A DNA stretch of 64,000 nucleotides from an uncultured Gemmatimonadales bacterium (lineage in GTDB: Bacteria > Gemmatimonadota > Gemmatimonadetes > Gemmatimonadales > GWC2-71-9), in NCBI GenBank assembly GCA_963817715.1, contig CAWFPG010000005.1, positions 641,187 through 705,186 of the forward strand. The letters run 5' to 3'. This document shows positions 55,919 through 64,000 of the stretch, piece after piece. Each line of letters starts with the position of its first letter. Position 1 is the first letter of the stretch. The notes beneath the pieces are model-generated. The model saw only the letters and a list, made by a program, of their open reading frames with translations. It made no database searches and was not told the DNA's origin. The translations under genes were made by a program, and so were the position numbers.

Positions 55919-57842
55919 CTAGCGGCCCGCGGACGACCTGCGCCGCGCCCGTGCCAGGATGTCGAGCCGTCCGGCGACGACCGGATCCCCGAGGAGCGCC
56001 TCCAGCGGTGCCGCCAGCGGACGCTGCCAGTCGGGATGCGCCGACGACCTGGTGCCCGGCAGGTTCACGCCGCGAGGCTCGAGCCAGAGATCCTCGAGCC
56101 AGGGGATGACCAGCGGTGACGCCGAGCGACCCAGCCAGTCGAGCAGCGCCTCCAGATAGGCCGCCGGGTCGTCGGCGGACACCCCGAGATGCTCGGCGAG
56201 CCGCCGGATCCCCCAGCGCCGTTCGTCACGCACGTCCTGCTCCCGATCAGCGGCGAGGAGCCCGTGTCGCAGCCGTTCGGCGATGTCGGTCGCCTGGAGC
56301 CACCCCGCAAAGGTCGGGGTGTCGTGGCTGCCGATCAGCGCGACGTCGCGTTCACCCGGAGGCGCCAGGTCCCGTCCGGTCGTCACCGCCTCGAACTCGG
56401 CCAGGTACATCCCCCAGATCCGGTGGCGCGGCAGGGCCGCATCGATCTCGTCGGGGACGGTGCCGAGATTCTCGCCGACAACTTCGCACCGATGGCGCAC
56501 CGACTCGAGCGTCAGGATGGCGAACAGTTCCTCGGTGGGATACGAGACGTACGTGCCCTGGTCGAGGTCCAGGCCGCGCGGGATCCAGTAGAGGCGACTG
56601 AGCGCCATCACGTGGTCCACCCGAAGCACGCCGGCGAGTGCCATCTGGTGCCCGATCGACGCGGCGAGGTAGCGGTGGCCATCCTCCCGGGATGCCGTCG
56701 GGAGCACGGGCCGGAAGCCCCAGTCCTGGCCGCTCGGGAATCCGAGATCGGGCGGCGCCCCGACCGACATCTCCTCGGCGAAGAGCCGCTGGCGCGACCA
56801 GGGGTCGTAGCCATCGGGGTCGACGCCGACGGCGAGGTCGAGGCCGAGCCGGATCTCCGCCGCCTCGAGCCGCGCGCGCAGCTCGGCCAGTTGGCGCCGG
56901 GCGAGCAGCTGGGCCATCAGGTGCAGCTGCTCCTCGTCGGGATCAACCTGGTCGTCGCTGAGGGTGCCCGCGCGGGCCGGCGCGGGCCAGGCCCGCCAGT
57001 CGCGGCCGAGGCGGGCCTGCGCGCCGCGGAACCGGGCGTAGCGCCGCAATTCGTCGTCGAGGTCCGCGTCGTCGGGACGAGGTCGGCCGGCGAGAGCCTC
57101 TCGCACCTCGTCTGCCGCGCGCACCACGTCGAGGCGATCCACCGGCCCGACCGGTCGATGCTCGCCGCGCCAGGTCGAGGATCAGCTCCGACCAGAACAG
57201 CCGGCTCACCGGGGAATAGGGACTCGGCTCGGCGGGCGCGACATTGAAGGTCGGGAGGAGGGGCAACACGGTCACGAGGTCACCGCCCCGATCGCGGATC
57301 CGCCGGCAGAGCCACTCGAGGTCGGCGAGGTCGCCGACCGCCCGACTGCGTGAGGTGCGCAGGGCGGCAAGCTGGGCACCGACTCCCCAGCGGGCCGCGT
57401 TGCCCTCGCGACGATATGCCTCCAGCGGCGCGGCGATGATCCGGCACGTCGCGGTGCGGTCGCCGGCGCGCAGCGTGAGGTCGTGATAGCCGAGCGGCAG
57501 GGCGGGGAGGTGCACGGTGCCGCCATCGACCTGCACGCGGAGATGGGCGCCACCTTCGAGGATCAGTTCGGCGCCATCGAGCCGGTCACCGTGGGTGCGG
57601 ATCGGTGGCGACACGCCCTCCCAGGCGACCCGGACCGGTTCCGCGAGGCGGGCCGGCCCGAGCGAATCCATCGCCTGCAGGCACCCGGCGGCCTCGGCCG
57701 CCGACGCGATCGGGGCGCCAAGCGCGGCGCAGATGCGGACCAGCGTCTCCGCCTCCACGGCGACCGCCCGACCGAGTCCGTCGGTGTAGGCGACGTGCAC
57801 GCCGAGTCGCCGGGCAAGGGTGTGCAGGGGATCGGGGAGCAT
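55919..57842 (-). pseudogene. malQ: 4-alpha-glucanotransferase (MalQ) interrupted by a 1-nt frameshift near 57165-57166
   Basis: The N-terminal half in ORF 56943..57974 (MLPDPLHTLARRLGV..PYSPVSRLFWSELILDLAR) continues in ORF 55919..57142 as EHRPVGPVDRLDVV..RVDHVMALSRLYWIP. Removing one base of GCGCGGCGAG joins the two frames. Confidence 0.8.
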
Positions 57843-57996
57843 CCCGGAGGATGGCACCGCAGGGCGTCGGGGGCCAGAGGCGGGACGCTTGCGCCGGCCC
57901 CCGGGGCGGCGTACTAGTGATGGCACTCGGGCGTCCGCGCCGGATGCCCCAGCTCTCTTTCCGCACCTTCCCAACCGCCCGCCCGGAGCGTCGCGC

Positions 57997-59706
<1,710 letters not shown>

Positions 59707-59713
59707 TCCGGCG

Positions 59714-59914
59714 ATGAACCTCGACCTGCGGCTGCCGATCGGACTGATGTTCACCACCTTCGGGGTCCTGCTGACGATCTTCGGCCTGGTCTCCGGCCGG
59801 GCGATCTACGATCGCTCCCTGGGGATCAACGTGAACCTCTGGTGGGGACTGGTCCAGCTGGGCTTCGGCCTGTTGATGCTCTGGCTGGCGCGCCGAGCCC
59901 GTCGCGCCGGTTGA
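59714..59914 (+). CDS. Small two-TM membrane protein following the symporter
   Basis: MNLDLRLPIGLMFTTFGVLLTIFGL..WWGLVQLGFGLLMLWLARR. 8 nt after the SSF stop. Confidence 0.5.
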   Translation: MNLDLRLPIGLMFTTFGVLLTIFGLVSGRAIYDRSLGINVNLWWGLVQLGFGLLMLWLARRARRAG

Positions 59915-60022
59915 CCCGGACCAGTGCCGGCCCGCTCGGCTTTGCGGATCCGGGGCGGCGCTATGTTGCGGAGATTCAGGCCATCGGACTGAAGCCGTCT
60001 CGACAGGGGAGCAGAGCAGACG

Positions 60023-60499
60023 ATGCAGCGACTGATGCGGCGGATCCGCGGCGCGCTCGGGATGGCGATCGCGTGGGGCATCACCTGGGCAGTCGGCGCG
60101 GCGGGGTTCCTCGCCGTCCTCGCCCTGGTGCTCCGGCCCATCGCCTTCTGGCCAGGGCTCCGCGGCATCACCCTTCTCGGCGGGATCTCGGGGATGATCT
60201 CCGGCTTCGTCTTCGCCCTGGCGCTTGGTGTGTTCCACCGCAACCGCACCCTGGCCGACCTGCGGGTGTCGCGCATGGCGCTCTGGGGGGCGGCGGCGGG
60301 GATCGTCGTGCCCCTCGTGTTGCTGACCATGACCCTCCTTGGTGGCCCGAACATGACGGCCACCTCCCTGTTCACCAGTCTCGGCGTGCTCGGGTTGACG
60401 GGTGCCGTGACCGGCGCGGGGATGGTGCGCCTCGCCCAGGCGGGCGATCCGGAGCTCTCCGCCGGGCGCTCACAGCGTCGACTCCCACGCGATGACTGA
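60023..60499 (+). CDS. Hypothetical four-TM membrane protein
   Basis: 158-aa ORF with a hydrophobic profile and high GC3. It overlaps the next start by 8 nt. Confidence 0.5.
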   Translation: MQRLMRRIRGALGMAIAWGITWAVGAAGFLAVLALVLRPIAFWPGLRGITLLGGISGMISGFVFALALGVFHRNRTLADLRVSRMALWGAAAGIVVPLVLLTMTLLGGPNMTATSLFTSLGVLGLTGAVTGAGMVRLAQAGDPELSAGRSQRRLPRDD

Positions 60500-60944
60500 C
60501 CGAGACTCGACCGCCTGGCCCAACGGGATGCCCGCCGTCGGCCAGCAGGCGCGACTCAGCCGCGAGATCACCGCGGGCGACATCGAGCTGTTCACCGCCA
60601 TCAGCGGCGACAGGAACCCGATCCATTATGACGCCGACGTGGCGGCTGCCACCCGCTTCGGCGGCATCGTGGTGCAGGGCGGCGTGACCAGCGCGATCCT
60701 CAACGCCGTCGTCGCCGAGCAGTTGCCCGGACCCGGCACGGTCTTCCTCGAGGTCCATTGGCGCTTCCTGGCACCGGTGCGCCCCGGCGACACGATCACC
60801 GGCGAGGTGACCGTGACGTCGGTCCGCGAGGACAAGCCGGTCACCACGCTCGACACCCGAGTGGTGCGCGACGATGGCACGGTGGTGCTCGACGGCACGG
60901 CGGTGTGCTACACGATGGTGGTCGATAGACGAGATACGAGATAG
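60492..60944 (+). CDS. MaoC-like (R)-specific enoyl-CoA hydratase/dehydratase
   Basis: ITAGDIELFTAISGDRNPIHYD..GIVVQGGVTSAIL, a hot-dog fold motif. Confidence 0.85.
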   Translation: MTDRDSTAWPNGMPAVGQQARLSREITAGDIELFTAISGDRNPIHYDADVAAATRFGGIVVQGGVTSAILNAVVAEQLPGPGTVFLEVHWRFLAPVRPGDTITGEVTVTSVREDKPVTTLDTRVVRDDGTVVLDGTAVCYTMVVDRRDTR

Positions 60945-61007
60945 GAGATACGAGATACGAGATACGAGGTACGAGGTACGAGGTACGAGATACGAGATAC
61001 GAGGGAC
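60924..61007. repeat. Direct array of 12 tandem heptamers (GATAGAC, GAGATAC x6, GAGATAG, GAGGTAC x3, GAGGGAC) with no inverted partner
   Basis: Units counted directly. The maoC TAG stop (60942-60944) is supplied by the GAGATAG variant unit. Confidence 0.92.
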
Positions 61008-61129
61008 GCAGGGCGATGGGTTGCGGCTCTTAACATCCGGTGCCGGGGACGTCCTCCTCCAACCGGGTCCCCAGTCGATACCCCCTGGTGCCGATAGCGA
61101 GGGCCTTTCCCCCGACCCCGAGCGATTCC

Positions 61130-62178
61130 ATGCGATGCCGTCCCCCGTTCCGTCGGTCCGGTTGGTGTGTCCTTGGCATGGTCGCCTGCGGTGGAGGCCC
61201 CGCTGCCCCCACCGATCCCGGTGGCTCCCTGCCATCGCTGGCCTGCACCATCTTCCCGGCCGACAATCCCTGGAACGCCGACGTGTCCGGCTACCCGGTC
61301 CACCCGGAGTCGGCAGCGTTCATCGCCCGGCTGGGGCTCACGTGGCGGTTGTCCTTCGTGCCCAACTTGCCGGTGAACGTGGTGAACACCGTCCGTGACC
61401 ACGTCCCGTTCGTGACGATCACCTACACCAGGAGCGCCGGCGACCCGGGTCCCATGCCGATTCCGGCCGACGCGCGCTACCACGTCAAGGACCCATCGAA
61501 ATTGGTGCTCGACGACAACCACCTCGTGCTGGTCGACGAAGGCGGTTGCAGGCTCTACGAGCTCTGGAGCGTGGCGGGCCCGAACGCCGACGGGAGCTGG
61601 ACGGTGGGCTCCGGGGCGATCTTCGATCTCACGTCCAACCGGCTCCGCCCGGATCACTCGCCTGCCTCGGCCGCCTCCGGACTGCCGGTGTTCGCTGGCA
61701 TCGCCCGAGCCGACGAGATGCGGGCGGGCGCGATCCACCATGCGCTCTCGATCCCCGTCACCCTCACCCAGGAGGGATTCATCCATCCCGCCACCCAGTG
61801 GCAGTCGGACCAGATCTATCGCACCAAGTTGCCGCTGGCCTGCGGGCAGCCATCGTTCGACTTCCCGGAGCTCTGCGCCAGGTGCTGGCCGGGACATTCG
61901 TGTACGAGGATCCCCACAACATCCCGATGGGACTCCGGCTCCGGCTCAAGGCGAGTTTCGACCTGGGCGGATACACCGGTCAGGCCCGGGTACTGCTCGA
62001 GGCGGCGAAGCACTACGGCCTATTGGTGAGTGACGGCAGCGGGACCAGCGGGCTGCTCCGTGGCGAGAAGGTGGCCGACCCGGCCTCCTGGGACTGGGAT
62101 CCGACGATCAGCGCGACCCTCGCCGGAGTGCCAGCCACGGCGTTCGAGGTGGTCGGCACTGGGCCGATCCTGCACTAA
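61130..62178 (+). pseudogene. Conserved-hypothetical lipoprotein interrupted by a frameshift near 61870
   Basis: MRCRPPFRRSGWCVLGMVACGG lipobox, and ORF 61040.. carries ..CRLYELWSV..AIHHALSIPVTLTQEGFIHPATQ. The C-terminal part PMGLRLRLKASFDLGGYTGQARVLLEAAKHYGLLVSDGSG is in ORF 61546..62178. GC3 phase switches between about 61868 and 61876. Confidence 0.65.
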
Positions 62179-62330
62179 TCGGCGGCGTGCGCGTGCCCAG
62201 GCTGCCCTCACCCCAGGGCCTCCCGCAGGGGGTGCGCGATGCCGGCCTCCCCGGGTTGGAGGGTGTTGCCCGTGCGTGGCCCGGCGTCCGGTCGTACTCG
62301 AACGTCATCGCTCACTGCGACGGCGCGGGC

Positions 62331-62912
62331 TCACGACGCCAGGCGGACCGCGGTGACGCTGATGTGCCGCGCCCCCTCGGGATGGAGCTCGCTCCGGAAG
62401 AGCACGATGGTGTCGAGCGACCACGAGTCGGCCGGCGTGGGGACGGTGGCGAGCGTCGTACCGAGGCGGGTGCGATCGCGCCGGCTGGTCTCGCGTCGCA
62501 CCCGGCCGATGGTCACGTGGGGCGTGAAGCGCCCGGTGTCGGGGTTGATCCCGATCCTCGCCAGGGCGTCATCGAGGCGTCGCCTGAGGAGGAGAAGGCG
62601 ATCGACCTGGCCGCCGGGAGTGGCGGCGACGACACGCGGCTGCCGCCGGTCGGGGAAGCCGGAGATTGCCCCCAGGGCCAGTGCCACTGGTGGGAACGCG
62701 TCGGTCGCGTCCTGCATCGCGGTGGCGATCCGGCCCTCGAGGTCGGCCGCCGTGGCCCCGAGGAATCGCACGGTCAGGTGCATTCGCGCGACCGGCTCCC
62801 ATCGCATGGCGTGGCCGTGTGCCTGCTGGAGCTCACGCTGGATCGCCCCCAGGCGCTGCGACAGCTCGAGGGGAAGGGGAGCGGCGATGAAAAGGCGCTG
62901 GGTCTCGGGCAT
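62331..62912 (-). CDS. ligT: 2H phosphoesterase, RNA 2',3'-cyclic phosphodiesterase (LigT/ThpR)
   Basis: From ATG 62912: MPETQRLFIAAPLP, with two HxT/S motifs HLTVRF and HVTIGR. Confidence 0.85.
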   Translation of the reverse strand: MPETQRLFIAAPLPLELSQRLGAIQRELQQAHGHAMRWEPVARMHLTVRFLGATAADLEGRIATAMQDATDAFPPVALALGAISGFPDRRQPRVVAATPGGQVDRLLLLRRRLDDALARIGINPDTGRFTPHVTIGRVRRETSRRDRTRLGTTLATVPTPADSWSLDTIVLFRSELHPEGARHISVTAVRLAS

Positions 62913-62915
62913 GCT

Positions 62916-62933
62916 GGTAGCTTTGAAGCTACC
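62916..62933. promoter_or_regulatory. Perfect inverted repeat GGTAGCTT-TG-AAGCTACC filling the 21-nt gap between divergent start codons
   Basis: Read directly. It is flanked by ATG 62912 (minus strand) and ATG 62934 (plus strand). Confidence 0.5.
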
Positions 62934-63410
62934 ATGCAGCCACGCGAGATCTGGTCGGGCGGGCAGACCGGCGTCGACCGCGCCGGGTGGGACGCGGCGC
63001 GCGCCGTCGGCATTCCCATCAACGGCTGGGTGCCCCGGGGCCGGCTGGCCGAGGACGGGCAGGTGCCGGCCGGCTACGGCAAGCTGATGCAGACTACGAC
63101 AGCTGACTATCTGGAGCGCACCACCGCCAACGTGCGCGACAGCGACGCGACGCTGATCCTCTTTCGGGGCGAACTCACCGGCGGTACGGCATTCACACAC
63201 GACGAGGCGATCCGGCTCGGCAAACCGGTGCTGGCGGTCGATCTCGCCTCGCACGATCCAGACGTCCTGGTCGGGCAGATTCGGGAGTGGCTCGCAGCGC
63301 TGGAAGCTCAGCGGCTCAATGTTGCCGGTCCCCGAGAGAGCAAGTGTCCGGGAATCCACGACGAGGCGGCCGGTGTGCTCCGCATTGTGCTGGAGGAGGC
63401 AATCGCTTGA
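62934..63410 (+). CDS. SLOG-superfamily protein (YpsA / 'putative molybdenum carrier' family)
   Basis: From ATG 62934: IWSGGQTGVDRAGWDAARAVGIPINGWVPRGRLAEDG..NVRDSDATLILFRGELTGGTAF..GKPVLAVDL. Confidence 0.75.
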   Translation: MQPREIWSGGQTGVDRAGWDAARAVGIPINGWVPRGRLAEDGQVPAGYGKLMQTTTADYLERTTANVRDSDATLILFRGELTGGTAFTHDEAIRLGKPVLAVDLASHDPDVLVGQIREWLAALEAQRLNVAGPRESKCPGIHDEAAGVLRIVLEEAIA

Positions 63411-63511
63411 CACGCTCGCCTGCCTCGCGATAGGATCCGGCAGCGCGAGAGGCACCTCGCCAGACAATGGTCGGCCCCCGGAACCAAGTGCCACGGCACC
63501 GGGAGACGCCA

Positions 63512-63534
63512 CCAAGGAAATCCCCTTTCCTTGG
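63512..63534. promoter_or_regulatory. Hairpin CCAAGGAAA-TCCCC-TTTCCTTGG whose 3' arm overlaps the GGAGG Shine-Dalgarno of the protease gene
   Basis: 9-bp perfect stem. GGAGG is at 63533-63537 and the ATG at 63542. Confidence 0.45.
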
Positions 63535-63541
63535 AGGCACG

Positions 63542-64000
63542 ATGCCCGCGCTTCGCGTGATCATGCCCGTTCTGCTTGCCCTCCCCATCTTCGGTACCAG
63601 CCTCGCCCACCATGCCGCCAGTGACGGGACGGCGATCATTCGTCGTCACGACGTGCCCGATTCGCTCTATCTCCAGCTCGGTGCACGCTATCACTCGCTC
63701 GTCCACGTCAATCTCCCCGTGCCCGGCCATGCGTCCGACTGCGAGGCGACCCTGATCGCCCCGCAATGGGTGGTGACCGCGGCCCATGTGGCGGTCGAGG
63801 TCCGCCCCGGGCATCGCGTCACGGTCGGCGGTCGGGAGGTGGTTGTCGATTCGGTGTACATCCATCCGGACTGGGACGGCGGATCCGACGACATCGCCAT
63901 GCTGCATCTCGCCGAGCCGGTCACCGATGTGCCCCTGGCACGGCTCTATCGCGGGGACGACGAGCTCCACGCGGTGGCAGTGCTGGTCGGCTCCGGCGAC
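63542..64000 (+). CDS. Secreted trypsin-like (S1) serine protease, N-terminal part; runs off the right edge
   Basis: Own translation gives MPALRVIMPVLLALPIFGTSLAHH signal, CEATLIAPQWVVTAAHV (catalytic His) and DDIAMLHLAEPV (catalytic Asp). Not in the ORF track because there is no stop in the window. Confidence 0.75.
   Translation, partial: MPALRVIMPVLLALPIFGTSLAHHAASDGTAIIRRHDVPDSLYLQLGARYHSLVHVNLPVPGHASDCEATLIAPQWVVTAAHVAVEVRPGHRVTVGGREVVVDSVYIHPDWDGGSDDIAMLHLAEPVTDVPLARLYRGDDELHAVAVLVGSGD

Overview
64-kb chromosomal window from a very GC-rich Gram-negative-type bacterium; third codon positions are almost all G/C. The gene content gives a Gemmatimonadota-like impression, which cannot be verified without a search. 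Long shadow ORFs occur in every frame, so calls rest on recognisable protein motifs, GC3 phase, RBS/start context and stop/start coupling. About 65 genes are supported. Housekeeping blocks: nfo; an ftsE-ftsX-degenerate-LytM unit at the end of a long translationally coupled minus-strand operon that also holds a GT9 glycosyltransferase, ROK and PfkB kinases, a GHKL-ATPase/STAS-like pair and a trans-sulfuration enzyme; lepA; mfd; a PpiC lipoprotein-surA-pdxA-GT2 block; typA/bipA; malQ; and a sodium:solute symporter. Signalling and envelope content: two GGDEF cyclases, three paralogous orphan NarL-type regulators, one ECF sigma, two TPR-Ser/Thr kinases, DUF58/BatA, OmpA-family proteins and small stress membrane proteins. 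No rRNA, tRNA, CRISPR, transposase, integrase or phage gene was seen. Most notable observations: (1) a secreted C39-type cysteine peptidase fused to TPR, POTRA and an Omp85-like barrel, preceded by a PA2779-like tail-anchored protein, inside a ~9-kb envelope-stress island; (2) a family of intergenic elements built from tandem heptanucleotides, usually as two inverted arrays forming very long hairpins, with a different 7-mer at each locus; (3) a GHKL-ATPase/STAS-like pair buried in the cell-envelope operon; (4) an 87-aa poly-Asp/Glu protein translationally coupled to typA; (5) a 2H-phosphoesterase/SLOG divergent pair; (6) four single-base frameshifts in otherwise intact genes, which are either assembly indels or pseudogenes. 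All family names come from motif recognition by eye and no database search was possible.
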